Shown: positions 38,135 through 52,519, counted from the stretch's first letter. The stretch: 64,000 bases of DNA from Octopus sinensis (GCF_006345805.1 NC_043000.1:142724001-142788000), one strand, 5' to 3'. Numbers and translations are program-made. Notes: a model not told the origin generated them from the letters alone.

Positions 38135-38812
38135 TTTCCGTAAAGCACAGGAAATGTTGCGATGGCAATGTCGATAATTATAAAACGGTGACAGAGACAC
38201 CTTTTCTATTATTGTGGGAGTTACAAAGACGTAATTTTTTTCATGACGTAGCTTGTCTTCCACGGGACCGGCAATCTGTCTCTGTTGCTATGGCAGTACT
38301 TATTTATTTTTGCTTCTTATGTTGCACGAGTTCTTCTTGGTTGATCTCGTTGTGGTGGTAGTCATGGTGGGGTTTTTACTCTTGTCGTTCTTTTTGTTAT
38401 TATTATTATTTCGTTGCTCTTTTTCTTTTCTTTTTGTCGCCAAGGCAATTGTATTGCTATCACTTTCAAGAATAGCAAATTTCAAAGCGCTTGGAGATTT
38501 GGCACGTTCACTCTCTTTAACTTTAACTGCTGCATTCCTTTTCATTCTCTTAAGTTTTTCTGTCGTATATTATTGTGATTTCATTGAAAACCGTCTTGAT
38601 TTTCCCGGAAACGATTTAATTTTCGTTGTTTTGAAAAAAATTAAAAGCGTCCGACATTTCGAGTGGGGGTGTTGTTACGTAAAAACAATTATACCCAGAA
38701 GCACTTGATGATCACTTCACAATGGTCAACCAAAATTAAGCAAACAACCAAAAGAATGGCTGAGATAGCAGGAAACTTTGGTAACACAGAAATGACTTCT
38801 TGATCTTCTATC

Positions 38813-38874
<62 letters not shown>

Positions 38875-38888
38875 TGATGATGATGATG

Positions 38889-38958
<70 letters not shown>

Positions 38959-39068
38959 TAATAATAATATTAATAATAATGATAATAATAATAATCATAA
39001 TGATAATAATAATAATAACAATAATAATAATTATTATCATTATTATCATTATTATTATTATTATTATT
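38813..39068. repeat. (TAA)n microsatellite switching to (TTA)n at about 39031
   Basis: Direct read. Confidence 0.97.
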
Positions 39069-39199
39069 TCTATTATAGGCACAAGTCCCCAACTGGATTT
39101 CGACTTTGTTTTCATCCTATAGGGGTGGATATAACAAGCTTTAGTCGAGCACAGAGGTCGATGAATTCAATTGGCTCCCTCCCATCAAAATTTCAGGTC

Positions 39200-40280
39200 T
39201 GGTGCCTGTAGTAAAAAGGATTATTATCATTATGAAAGACGTCACACAGTATGCAGTATTGTGATGTAAAGTGAAGATACTGTGTGTAACGGTGGTTTGT
39301 ACTGTCTGACCAGTCACAAGAAATTCAGACAGAAAGTATTTGATGCAGTATGCGCTCAGTTCCAAGTAAAGCCGACTTTTGCAGTACATTAAGATAGTAG
39401 GGTATTTCTAAAACTTCTTCATGTTCGGTGGTATTGTACCCACTGCTCAGATGACAAAAGGGACAACATTTATTGGACTCACGCAGCTGCCACATCTTAT
39501 CAATCTCAGTTCTCAGGTCTCTATATTAATCGATCGTTCCTCTTTCTTTCATGATGATATATTGATCTCCTGGTGCTGCCGCATTGATTATTAGATAGTC
39601 TTGTTTGTTCCTCCTTAAGGTTACTAGGTTCGGTCTGAAAATCAAAATTCCAGAGGATCTTTACCTTCAACTATATAGCATATGTGTTCCACCTTGTCCA
39701 CCAACACTAGGTCCGGTCTTTTATGCCCTAACACCTGATGTATTTGAATTGCGGTCTTTGCTCATACCACGTCTTGGCTCTCTCTAGCCCCGACTTTTCA
39801 CACAGTTTCCAATGTAGCACTTTCACTATTTGGTCGTGTCGCCACAACTCGTAATGGTTTTGGGAAATTCTAGGGCATTCGTTCGTCATAGGGCAATGGT
39901 TTCATCCACTCTATTGCAGATGCTGCATAGCGGAGACACTTGCTCTTTCCTAAGGTTGACCCTCCAGTTTGTGCCCAAAGCTTGATCTTGCGCTGCCAGT
40001 ATTTTGCCAGTATAGAATTTCTTCCTTTGTTTTTTCCTTTTTTCTCTGCTCTCAATACTCTTTCGTTCCTAACTGTCACTAGGAAAGTTTCCTTACTTTG
40101 GGCTAGTTATCTCGTTAACCTCGCGAGTTCGATACACATGCAGTCTTCCACACCCATAGTCGTTTAGTTCTGCCCGTGGATGATAGACTCCATGCATCTT
40201 TAGGAGCTTTCTTCATTTTCTGTCCATCTCCTTTAGCTCCTCCTCTGTTCACTTCAGGATTCCAGTACCATACTTGTGAG
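39200..40280 (-). mobile_element. REL-LINE relic (same subfamily as 22000-22610)
   Basis: Shared sequence GATATATTGATCTCCTGG; MHGVYHPRAELN.LW and QTEPS.NL motifs. Confidence 0.78.
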
Positions 40281-40707
40281 TAGTAAATAAAAATATATAG
40301 ATTATTATTATTTCTAAACTTAATTATAATACATTTAACAATTATATTTTAATAATAATAAGAATATCGATCGTAAAGATTTTGAATATAATTATGTTGT
40401 TTATGATTACTTGCAGTATTCATATTCCTGGCTTTATATAGAGAGACGGAAAGACGGATTATTTAAGAAAGTAGTTTTCGGAAAAGAACTGCCGAGCTTA
40501 CGGCACTAGGTACATATTTCCACCATTTTATTTTTCTATGAGAAATACTAAAGTACATGTTGGAAAACTATGCTAAAAAAAATCTGTATTATGTTTGGGG
40601 GAACAAAATTGAAAATTATTTCTAACTCATTGTTTTTTCTTGTGATAATTTAAATGGTAAAATAGTTAAATAAATGAAACGTATAATTATGGGAAATGAA
40701 ATATCTT

Positions 40708-40722
40708 TTATTATTATTATTA

Positions 40723-40775
<53 letters not shown>

Positions 40776-40797
40776 GTTATTATCATTATAATTATTC
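40708..40797. repeat. (TTA)n microsatellite
   Basis: Direct read. Confidence 0.97.
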
Positions 40798-41339
40798 AGG
40801 AAGGTCACGTGTTGTTAATGGGGGTCAATATTTAAAGGAATAGAAGTCTTTCTCTTGGTAGGAAACAATGATTGCTGTATATAGATCTGAACAGATTTTG
40901 TAAGAGATTGGCCAAATAGGAAATCAATGTACCATGATGAACTGCTTCGATGCACAGCAAATGAAATAGTATCTCGTGAGTAAAACCATCTTTACCAGTT
41001 TGCCAAACGTCATGCATAGGATTATAAATATCACGGATTAATCGCTTTCATGATTACAATTACTTTTGTCATGGTCTAGAGATATTGTTGAAAATTACTT
41101 AATACACACACACACACACACACATGCACACACATATACTTATATATGTTGGGGGCGTAAGCATGTAAGTATATGACTTATTTAAACGGAAAATTTGCCT
41201 CTCGCCTCGAGATGTACACCGTTGCGATATATTTGATGATATTGATACGTAAATTGTTTTTCGATTTTATATACATATATCTACCTACCTACCAACCCAC
41301 CTACATACATACGTGCGCATGTACTACTTACGTACATAC

Positions 41340-41365
41340 GTACGCACATACATACATACATACAT

Positions 41366-41417
<52 letters not shown>

Positions 41418-42016
41418 ACATACATACATACATATACATACATACATACATACATACATAATACATACATACATACAACATACATACATACATACATGCA
41501 TGCATGCATGCATGCATGCATGCATGCATGCATGCATGCATGCATGCATGCATACATACATACATACATACATACATACATACATACATACACACACACA
41601 CAACACACACACACACACCACACACACACACACAACACACACACACACATACACACATACATACATACATACATACATACATACATACATACATACATAC
41701 ATACATACATACATACATACATACAACATACATACATACATACATACATACATACATACATACATACACATACATACATACTACATACATACATACATAC
41801 ATACATACATACATACATACATACATACATACATACATACATACATACATACATACATACATACATACATACATACAACATACATACATACATACATACA
41901 TACATACATACATACATACATACATACATACATACATACATACATACATACATACATACATACATACATACATACATACATACATACATACATACATACA
42001 TACATACATACATACA

Positions 42017-42045
<29 letters not shown>
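41340..42045. repeat. About 700-bp compound (CATA)n/(CATG)n/(CA)n microsatellite
   Basis: Direct read; explains the six overlapping HTYI/MYVC ORFs. Confidence 0.98.
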
Positions 42046-42047
<2 letters not shown>

Positions 42048-42133
42048 TCATAATTTCGGCTCATCTAATGAATGATGATTCAGGAAACTATCTCTACATG
42101 TCAACTTTGGAATTCTGGTGAGTGACAAGGTTT

Positions 42134-42365
42134 GTTTCTTTATTACCCACAAGGGGCTAGACATAGAGGGGACAAACAAGGACAGACAAACGGATTAAGT
42201 CGATTACATCGACCCCAGTGCGTAACTGGTTCTTAATTTATCGACCCCGAAAGGATGAAAGGCAAAGTCGACCTTGGCGGAATTTGAACTCAGAACGTAA
42301 CGGCAAACGAAATACTGCTACGCATTTCGCCCGGCGCGCTAACGCTTGTCCCAGCTCGCCGCCTT
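42134..42365 (-). mobile_element. SINE family A, full length
   Basis: 14-bp TSD GTGAGTGACAAGGT at 42118-42131 and 42367-42380. Confidence 0.95.
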
Positions 42366-43074
42366 CGTGAGTGACAAGGTAAGTAGACTTACCCAGCTGC
42401 ATATTTTGAATCCGGTGCTACTGTGTCACTGTTTATCAATATTCTGTCTTCATACCCCACCTTGTGTGCGCATTTGAAGGAACAGACTCCCTAGGGAATA
42501 GCATGTTACCAAAAACTCTGCGATCGGGAGCTATAGTAGAGTACTGAGGATGATAATATGACAGGCATAACATTTATTTCTGCAGAGAAAAATTGCTTCT
42601 TTTATAAGATGCCCGTCTGCAACTCTGGCTAAAGGAGCATTCAACATACACTTCCATCTTGAGTAGTCGAAATCTGCCATTTTGAAAGTAAGAGATGGAA
42701 AGTAGAATGAGATGGAAGGAGAATGAAATAATGAAGAGTCAATATATAACGAACAGCGCAATGTAAGGTAGGATGAAAAGTTGCAAGAGAAGAGGAGATA
42801 CGAAAATGAGAGTGGAGTCTACAGTATGTGTAATAGAGAAGAGACAGATCAAAGCGGGGGAAATAATAAAAGTAGAGAGAATAAGAGACTGAAAGAAAGA
42901 ATGATAGAATGAAAGAGATGAGAATCCTTCGTGTGCAATACCTGCCAGGGATGTTTCCATGTCTTCTTTGGGTGGATTGTGGCAGGATTGCGCAGGCCTT
43001 GTGAAAAAAAAAAGATGCATTACTTTCATGCACTATTGAAATGGCCCCTATTGAGTGTTTTTTTTGTTCAAAAT

Positions 43075-43260
43075 AATTTTGGGGCAGGGTGCCAGTCGAT
43101 TAGATCGACCCCAGTACGTAACTGACACTTTATTTATCGACCCCGAAAGGATGAAAGGCAAAGTAAATCTCGGCGGAATTTGAACTCAGAACGTAAAGAC
43201 AGACGAAATACCCTAAGCATTTTACCCTGCGTGCTAACGTTTTTGCGTGCTCGCAGCCTT
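43075..43260 (-). mobile_element. SINE family A, variant tail
   Basis: Family A body and head. Confidence 0.88.
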
Positions 43261-43269
43261 TAATAATAA

Positions 43270-45090
43270 GAATAATGGCCAAGCAATGCAAGCGGTTGAG
43301 AAAGGATAGCGGAATAAGTATTTGGAGATACTGGCGGCTGATGAAATACAACATGATGAGGTAAACCATATTACACGCAGAGAGCATACAAGGAGAATGA
43401 TAAAAAATATTACAGCTTGAGAATTCAAAAATGCTATTGACGCAATAAATGCAATAAGAGCACTACCGGGATTCAGATATAGAATTGGAATTGTTGACTG
43501 GAATTGACACACATCCTCAGTTGAATTCAAATGAATGAATAGAAAAACTAGAAAACTATTGATAATAGGGAGCTCACCATCCCAAAGCCGATATCAACTG
43601 CTTGTATAAATAAAAAAAAGAGACCAGAGTGAAAGAGGCTTAGTTGCTGTGGAAGAGTGTGTAAAGCTAGAAAGAAGAAAAAAAACTACTAGAATATTTA
43701 CAGAACAGTATAGAGAAATTAATAAAAACATTGAATAAAGAACAGTTGATCAAGTGTGTGATAGGAGAAAAGGACAAGAATGAAATTCAAAGAGAGCATC
43801 TTAAATAGATTGAAGAGAAATGTTTGCATTCGTCAGTTTTGGAAAGCCACTGAGGATGTGTGTCAGACAAAATGCTGGGCGTTGTTAAAGAAAAGGACAA
43901 TTAATAGAAGCGGAGGTTGTAATTACAGTAGCTCAAGATCAAGTGATAAAAGCAAACAGCTTGAGAAAATATGTGGTGGGGGGAGAAGGTGTTGGAAACA
44001 AGTAGAGTCTATGAAATTTGAAATGAGACAGTGGCACACATTGTTCCAGTATACTCTTTTACTCTTTTACTTGTTTCAGTCATTTGACTGCGGCCATGCT
44101 GGAGCACCGCCTTTTAATCGAGCAACTCGACCCCGGGACTTATTCTTTTGTAAGCCCAGTACTTGTTCTATCGGTCTCATTTGCCGAACCGCTAAGTAAC
44201 GGGGACATAAACACACCAGCATCGGTTGTCAAGCAATGCTAGGGGGACAAACACATACACACAAACATACACGCACACACATGTATATATATATATATAT
44301 ATATATACATATATACGACAGGCTTCTTTCAGTTTCCGTCTACCAAATCCACTCACAAGGCTTTGGTCGGCCCGAGGCTATAGTAGAAGACACTTGCCCA
44401 AGATGCCACGCAGTGGGACTGAACCCGGAACCATGTGGCTGGTAAACAAGCTACTTACCACACAGCCACTCCTGCGCCTATATATCCCAAATAACACAAA
44501 TAGAATACGAAAAATGGGGACTTAACCTAGTTGTGAAAGTTTTGCACTAGAATCTTTGTTAGAAATCGGATTTGAAGCTGGAGTTACATGGTATGATCAT
44601 CGGGTCGAAGGAGTGCTGGAGTCGGAGAAATGCGAAATTTCGTGGAATTTTCCTATCCAAACGGATAAGAAGTTAGAAAATAGCAAACGATACATGACAA
44701 TAACAGACAAGGAAAAACGAAGCTGCTTACTAATTGGTCTATCATGCTAGTTTGTAAAGAAAGATGGTGAAAAGCAAACAAATATATAATCCCCTTAAAA
44801 TTTAAAATTGCAAGAGTTTGGAGTATGAAAACTTTAAAGATAGTAACTGAAGTAACTGGTACATTGAGAACTGTAAGTGAAGATATATACAAAGGGTTGA
44901 AGGAGATTGAAACAGAAAGTACTGTACAGCTTTAACAAAATGTTTGCCACGAAAAGTCAAGAAAAATTATCAGGGGGCCTTGAGTGCTTGAAAGACCATT
45001 GAAAGCTTCTGAATACCTAAGGTTAAAGATAGCAACATGCTACCCACATAAATACTAACAGGAATAAGAATGAACCTGAGACAAATCAGT
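43270..45090 (+). mobile_element. REL-LINE relic interrupted by a SINE B within its zinc-motif region
   Basis: KYLEILAADEI, AINAIRALPGFRYRIGIVDW, HPKADINCLY, WYDHRVEGVLESEKCEISWNFPIQTDK motifs. Confidence 0.85.
44052..44479 (-). mobile_element. SINE family B, full length
   Basis: Reverse complement of 27617-28063. Confidence 0.95.
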
Positions 45091-45104
45091 AATGATAATA
45101 ATGA

Positions 45105-45282
45105 TTTCAATTTTTGACATAAGTCCAGTAATTTCGGAGAGGGTGTAAGTCGATTACAACTGGTCCTTTTTTTATCGACCCCGAAAAGATGAAAAGCATT
45201 TGGAGCTTAGAATACGGAAACAGACGGAAAGCCGCTAAGCATTTCGTCCGACATGCTTACAATTCTACCAGCTCACAGCCTT
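45105..45282 (-). mobile_element. SINE family A, deleted/diverged
   Basis: TTTATCGACCCCGAAAAGATGAAA and GCTAAGCATTTCGTCCG. Confidence 0.75.
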
Positions 45283-46189
45283 AGCAATGAGAATAATAAT
45301 ATTAATAACAACAACAACAACAATAATAATAATAACTTATTACTTTTAATAGTAGTTGTGAGTAATTTTTAAATGTATAATAACATTCTCAGGCTACCTA
45401 TAGACACTGAAACGCTAGAATTAACTTCTAATGCCAACTTTGCTTAACAGAGGTTTGCTATAAAATTACCAGATGAAAATAATGAATTATACCCCGTGAG
45501 TATTTCAGGGAATTAATGGTAAAACTATTGGGTTATATCTGAAAACTTTATCATAAAAACCTGAAAGCGTAGCCTGAGTTGTGTGTGTATGGAAAGATAG
45601 CCACTCATCTGCTACTCATTGAAAAGTGAAAGAAACTGGAATAATATGATTACTTAATGCATTTTATATACACACTTTATATACTTTATGCACAATTTTA
45701 TAAACTTAATACACAGCACTCAAAATAAATATTCACTCTTATTTTTCCATTTTTCCCATAAACAAAAAAGAAAAAAATATCTCGTACATATGATACAACC
45801 TTTAGTTAAATTGCATGTATCTGCCACGTAAATAAACTTGAATATTTCACAGAATTACACTTATATGCGTGTGTTAAGTGATAGCTGACGTAAAAAAAGT
45901 TCATTCAATATTTTATAAAATACATTTTTCACTAGCCAATCACCACCACCACCACCTCGATATCCACCACCCCATCATCATCTTTCTCTCTCACCCTCTT
46001 CACTCTCTCCTCTCTCTCCTCTCTTTCCCCTCTCTCTCCCTTCTCTCTCTCTCTCTCTCTTTCCCTTGTCTCTGCCTTTCTGTAACCTCACCTTCAGAAC
46101 ATCACCCCTCTGTTAAAATTATATTTCTTATTCTCCTCCTCTACCTTCAACTAACTTTTTTAACCACGTAATAAATATTACGTTCTCCC

Positions 46190-46445
46190 CACCTCACGTC
46201 ATGGACGCTTCTCTGTCCTTCTTTTTCTCTCTCCTTCTTTCTGTCTCACGCTTTGCCGTACCTTATTTTTATCTCTCCTTTTTCTCCTCTCTTTCCCTTC
46301 CACTAATCACGTGAAGGCGTTACAATTATATTCGCTCCACATTATGTCATGGATGCTTCTCTCTCCCTCTTTTCTCCCCCTCCCTCTTTTTCCTTCTTCC
46401 GCTTTCCTTTCTCCCTCTTTTCCTCTAATCACGTGAAGGCGTTAC
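46190..46445. repeat. Two diverged ~125-bp tandem units (GTCATGGA.GCTTCTCT...CTAATCACGTGAAGGCGTTAC) in a pyrimidine-rich tract
   Basis: Direct read. Confidence 0.7.
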
Positions 46446-47409
46446 CAACGGGTTAAGTAATGCAATGACAAGCAGAATTAGTATACGATGGATTATTATT
46501 CATTTGCTTGTATTAGTTCAAATACACGCTTGGGTATTACAAATACAAGGTCTGTCTTTAATTTAAAGAAAACGGTAAAATTCTGACCAGTAAATTACGA
46601 CACCCCATAAATACATCACTTTAGACCTTTCTTCTAATGTTATCATATCTTTTACTTCATGTGTGATTCCATCAATTTTTTTCATCTGATTTCCCGATTC
46701 TTCCATTTCCAACTTACCTCAAATAAGCCAGTTTTTTTTTTAAATATCTAAACCAGACCCCAACACTTGAGTTTCATTACTGCTTTCCACTAACCACATT
46801 TCCAAGTACCATATAGGCAATTTCCACGATTTTACATTAAAATTAGCTTATTCCTGTTTAGTTAATTATATCACTGCAGTTTTCGTTGTCCTTAATTTTT
46901 ATTATAATTGGTAGTTTATTAGTAATATAATCGCAGACAGTAAAATAGGTTTCAAAGTATCTAATGAAATCAAAATCAAGCAACGAAGCATTCATAACAG
47001 GTTGTTAATTGCATTTGTTTTTGTTGTTGTTGTTTTCTCGCGAATGATGTAATATGGAGAGGTTTAGCTAACATTACTCGTGCAATAGGGGCTTGGCTAT
47101 GTCTGTGAAAACTTGCAACTAATGAAGTTAGAAAACAAAAGCAGAAATCGTGATTTAGCGATGCTACAACTGCCCTAGCATAATGTACGCCTAATTCTGA
47201 TATATCTCCGTGGTTTTAACAATATAGGTCTATAATAGATGCTTTGCTAAAACGAATACTGCAGTTTAGGAGGTTTTAACAGTATATATGCTTTAAGTAC
47301 AAGATTCAGATCGATAATTTTAACTAATATAGCTTCCGTTGCTAATAATGAATCTACTGGTATATTCTACAATACATTGTAAAAATTAACTGATATATTG
47401 TTAACATGT

Positions 47410-47661
47410 TTGTTCCTTCTCGAGCCATGCTTGGCTCATAAAGGCCAGTCCGTCGCAGGTGAGCTTCAAGATGCAGAAGGAAAGAGTGATAGAAAGTTGT
47501 GGCGGAAGATTCAGCAGAAGTTCGCCATTACGTACTGCCGGAGCCGCGTGGAGCTTAGGTGTTTCGCTCATAAACACACACACATCGCCTTGTCTGAGAT
47601 TCGAACCCGTGATCCCTCGACCACGAGTCCGCTGCTCTAACCACTAGGCCATGTGTCTCCA
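47410..47661 (-). mobile_element. SINE family C variant
   Basis: Head TGGCCTAGTGGTTAGAGC...GGTTCGAATCTC on the minus strand; TSD ATATTGTTAACAT. Confidence 0.92.
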
Positions 47662-47679
47662 CATATTGTTAACATACCT

Positions 47680-47906
47680 ATTTTTTTACTACCCACAAGG
47701 AGCTAAACACAGAGAGGACAAACAAAGACAGACAAACGGATTAAGTCGATTATATCGACCCCAGTGCGTAACTGGTACTTAATTTATCGACCTCGAAAGG
47801 ATGAAAGGCAAAGTTGACCTCGGCGGAATTTGAACTCAGAACGTAACGGCAGACGAAATACGGCTACGCATTTCGCCCGGCGTGCTAACGTTTCTGCCAG
47901 CTCGCC
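47680..47906 (-). mobile_element. SINE family A, full length
   Basis: Family A consensus; TSD ATATTGTTAACAT. Confidence 0.95.
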
Positions 47907-48194
47907 ATATTGTTAACATATCATTTATTAAATGTTCCAGCCAGCTGCTTACTTAAGCCTCTAATAATTATGGTGATCATTAAAAGCGGGTGAACAGTCT
48001 CTGGCGAAATCTCAACAAAGTTTCCAAGCATGCGTGTCCGCTACTTCCTGTTCACGGAGATATTGTTTATATCTATGTATTGTTTACGTTCGTCGTAATA
48101 TGCAGTTTAGACTAAAATCTGTAGGTATCTTCTGGAGTACATTATAGCGATTTATAAACATATACACACATCAGCACACTCATAAAGACACATG

Positions 48195-48196
48195 TG

Positions 48197-48262
<66 letters not shown>

Positions 48263-48410
48263 TGTATGTATGTATATATGTATGTATGTATATATGAATG
48301 TATGTATGTATGTATGTATGTATGTATATATGTATGTATGTATATATGAATGTATGTATGTATGTATGTATGTATGTATGTATGTATGTATGTATGTATG
48401 TATGTATGTG
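48195..48410. repeat. (TATG)n microsatellite
   Basis: Direct read. Confidence 0.97.
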
Positions 48411-49190
48411 TATGCCTGTGTGTTAACACGATTGTATTTTTATACGTATATTTGTGTAACCTATTAGCAATTCTTCAATGACCAACATTCTGTTTTCAAC
48501 TATAAATGTGAGGTTGGGAAGGTCATGTTAAACATTAGCTAAGAAAATGAAAATGCAAAATATGACTACGATGAGATCAAGGGTCGAAATGGAAATAGAA
48601 ATTGTAAATTATTCAAATAAGTATCTCTGCTGAAGAACAAATAAAACAGCTGCAATTTTTGAAAAATGTTAATTATTTTTTTCCAGTTTATTCTCGTATC
48701 ACTTAAATTGAAGGTGACGCCAAGTCCGTTGCCCATAGCTTGTACATATTTTCCAAAAGAATAAAACAACGACATCATGAGATTGAAATAGTTAACGTTC
48801 AGGATGGATAGTCACATGTACGTTTAATTGTTAAGAATAATGCCTAAGCCGAGAAAATTATTGTTCTGGAGATGAAAGATACAACAACAGAAGATGTAAC
48901 TTAATTCACTCCTTTCTTTTATTTCCCATTTCGTTAAATTTAAGGAAGCTTTCATCCTTTCATCTTTATCATTATTGTCATTTTAATTATTTCATTATTG
49001 GTGATGTACCCTAGTTTTGGTGAAATTAATTTAAGATGCATATAATTTTAATCGTTGTTATTCAAAATACGCCCACGCTAACTTTACCTTATCTCTTTCG
49101 AGAGTTGTAAGGTACAGGCCAGGCACAAATGCTATTCCTTCCCGCCATCTTTCTCACTCCCACTCACTCAATGTCTCTTTCTCTCTCTCA

Positions 49191-49230
<40 letters not shown>

Positions 49231-49815
49231 CGCTCTCTCGCTCTCTCTATCTCTCTTTATCTCTGTGAATCGGCTATGTTATTCGATTATAAATTGTGGC
49301 AAAATGTAATAAGATCAACTCTACGTAGTGAGAAAAGATTCTCTGTTCACGTATACTCTCCGATAAAAATCATATGCCACCGTCTTAAAAAAAACAAAAA
49401 AGATGTATAGAAATGTAGTCTTTTCGAAAAATCGCAAAACAATAAGAAATTCCATGGGAGAAGAAGGGGGAAGAGAAATAAAAGAAACAAGATGCAATAA
49501 TTTGAAATTAGAATAAATCTAATATTATAAAAAATATTAAAGATAGCTTATTCGTTATATGTCTAAAAACAAATCCTTGTGGAGAACAGTCTTATCTCTT
49601 GACCCGAAGTTAAATTTGCTTGCAGAAATAAAACACCTTTGCGCAGACAGTAGAGCAATTGAGAGTTAAACATAAAATAGACGAAAAGCAAAAGGCGTGC
49701 TTTAAATTTACCGAAAAATTATTTTAAAATGATTGTATTTCTATTTCATTTACTGGTATTCATCTATTGTCATACATTTGTAAGTAGCAGATTGTGTATA
49801 TATGTGTTTTCCTGT

Positions 49816-50188
49816 GGAGGCGCAATGGCCCAGTGGTTAGGGCAGCGGACTCGCGGTCATAGGATCGCGGTTTCGATTCCCAGATCGGGCGTTGTGAGTG
49901 TTTATTGAGCGAAAACACCTAAAGCTCCACGCAGCTCCGGCAGGGGATGGTGGTGATCCCTACTGTACTCTTTCACCACAACTTTCTCTCTTACTTCCTG
50001 TTTCTGTTGTACCTGTATTTCAAAGGGCCGGTCTTGTCACTATCTGTGTCACGCTGAATATCCCCGAGAACTACGTTAAGGGTACACGTGTCTGTGGAGT
50101 GCTCAGCCACTTACACGTTAATTTCACGAGCAGGCTGTTCCGTTGATTCGGATCAACCGGAACCCTCGTCGTCGTAACCGACGGAGTG
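49816..50188 (+). mobile_element. SINE family C variant
   Basis: tRNA-like head; tail shared with 36920-37236; 15-bp TSD ATATATGTGTTTTCC at 49798-49812 and 50194-50208. Confidence 0.95.
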
Positions 50189-52114
50189 CATCCATATATG
50201 TGTTTTCCACTCAATTTTTAATAGTTTAAAGAAAACGGTACTTTTACTTAACCTTGCGAAGACTATTTAGTATAAATGCCTCGTTTTGTCATTAAGCTAG
50301 TAAATAATCTAACCCAACTGAAACAGTTTTCTTACCTATTTTTATATCAATGGAATTTATATCCCATCAGTTAAACGTCCTCATCCGAATCAAAAGATAA
50401 TCTAGGCCTGATTAGGTACTAACTCCCACAAAGCACAACTGGGCCTTACATAACAGTACTGATCAGATATCTAGAATGGCGTTGTTGTTACCACGGAAAG
50501 ACGTAATAATCATCGTGTAACATCTCGTAATAAACGTTGACTCAAATACGTATTATTTGTCTCATGTTACTTCTATCAATATTTGTATCTTTTATATGTC
50601 TGCACAAGTTTACAATCTAGACCGCATTTTATTCATCTCCGCTTAGAAAGATACTGTCTCAACCCACAAAATTCCATTCTATAGTTTTTCACTCCTTCCA
50701 AATCAGAAAGGACAGCTGTCGCTGGAACCCATATGTTTTTCTCCACAGGTATCAACTTAAAGGAATTCATATATAATAGTATTACTACTAACGAGAGAAC
50801 ATCACATTTTTTTCTTCTATATCAATGTAAGAATAATTTACTTATGAAGGTGGATCGATCCAAATATTCTATTATCTAAATTTAGGTAGTCACTAATTCG
50901 TTATTTTATGGTGTTAGAGATATATGATGAACATTGTTTTTGCAGGTGTATGGATAGATTCATTTTAATTAATTAATTTCGGTTCACTCACAAGACACGC
51001 TGAATCTTTTGGTAAAATTCATTGTAATCATTTAATTTTTCATTTAATTATCTTCACTTCAAATTCTCGTAGTTACTTGAGTTTACGTACGTATTGTGGA
51101 GAGAAGTTTAAATTCTAGTATAGCTTGTCAATTTAAATCTTGCGCTAGCTGTTATACTTCGAGCGAAATCATTTCTTTTTTTATCACTTTATACCGTGAC
51201 TTATTGTTGAGTGTATTTTTATAAAGATTCAATTTGCAAAACGTAGTTAGTTGATCTTCAGTTTTGCTGACATTTTCCCTAACTAGTAACAGTGCAATGA
51301 ATAATGGATATGTTAAAGAGCACCTTTGGATAGTATATCCATTGTATTGAATTAATCCCTGGAAGGAAAATGGGTATTGTGCTTACACTAAATAAATATT
51401 TATTTAAAATAGTTTACTCTCGCTATGTGTCAGTTATTTTTTTTCTTACAGTTCTAAATTATTATTTTAACTGACTTAGGTCAAACCATTCAGCATTGCG
51501 TCTGAATTAGATTCTATGAAAACAAAACATGTTTTCAAATTTGATAAATATCTCTGCTTTCAAATGATGAATGTGCGAAACTCAACCCAAATTAATTAAC
51601 ACTCTTTTCAAAGAAATTCTATCTTCATTTATAAGCTTAGAAAGTCATTTCATTACACTAGTCAGACGATGTCTAAAATTTAATTACATCAACACCTATC
51701 AAATTCCTAATACATAATGTAACAGAATGAATTGCAGTTAAAAGGATATCCGCCTGATTTTGACCCTGCAGTTAAAAACAGCAGATAGCAACTCTATAAA
51801 TTAACAGCTTTCCATCTTCGCAAAAGTTCGGCAAAATTGGTGACAACAATTCTACAATGAAGCGTTGACCTAACCTCTTTGACAGATTTACTACCCTTTC
51901 TCTTGGCACCATCATTCAACGTCGTAGAGAGTTGATAGATAAAAGAGTTTATTTCGATATCAGATTCCTTTCGAAGAAATGAAGAACAGAATAGTATTTC
52001 CTTATTATTCTCCGGTCTCTCTTCCACCTGCTAAAAACTCGCTAGCTTTCTGATTCATACATTACTCTACCAAACACATATGAGGCTGATACGTAGTCGC
52101 TCAGTAAGCAAAAT

Positions 52115-52519
52115 TCTTTTACTCTTTTACTTGTTTCAGTCATTTGACTGCGGCCATGCTGGAGCACCGCCTTTAATCGAGCAAATCGACCCCAGGACTT
52201 ATTCTTCGTAATCCTAGTACTTATTCTATCGGTTTCTTATGCCGAACCGCAAAATTACGGAGACGTAAACACACCAGCATCGGTTGCCAAGCGATGTTGG
52301 GGGGACAAACACAGACACACAAACACACACACCCACACACATACATTTATACATATATACGATAGGCTTCTTTCAGTTTCCGTCTACCAAATCCACTCAC
52401 AAGGCTTTGGTCGGCCCGAGGCTATAGAAGAAGAGACTTGCCCAAGGTGCCACGCAGTGGGACTGAACCCGGAACCATGTGGTTAGTAAGCAAGCTACTT
52501 ACCACACAGTCACTCCCTA
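52115..52519 (-). mobile_element. SINE family B, full length
   Basis: Family B consensus. Confidence 0.95.

Noticed and set aside
41173-42121. 300-aa HTYI-repeat ORF and overlapping MYVC ORFs
   Set aside because: Stop-free (CATA)n microsatellite; same for 30242-30728, 35594-36102, 48142-48467 and 53660-54069
51794-52027. Minus-strand ORF after an acceptor-like TTTTTAGCAG
   Set aside because: No recognisable domain, weak donor, no partner exons
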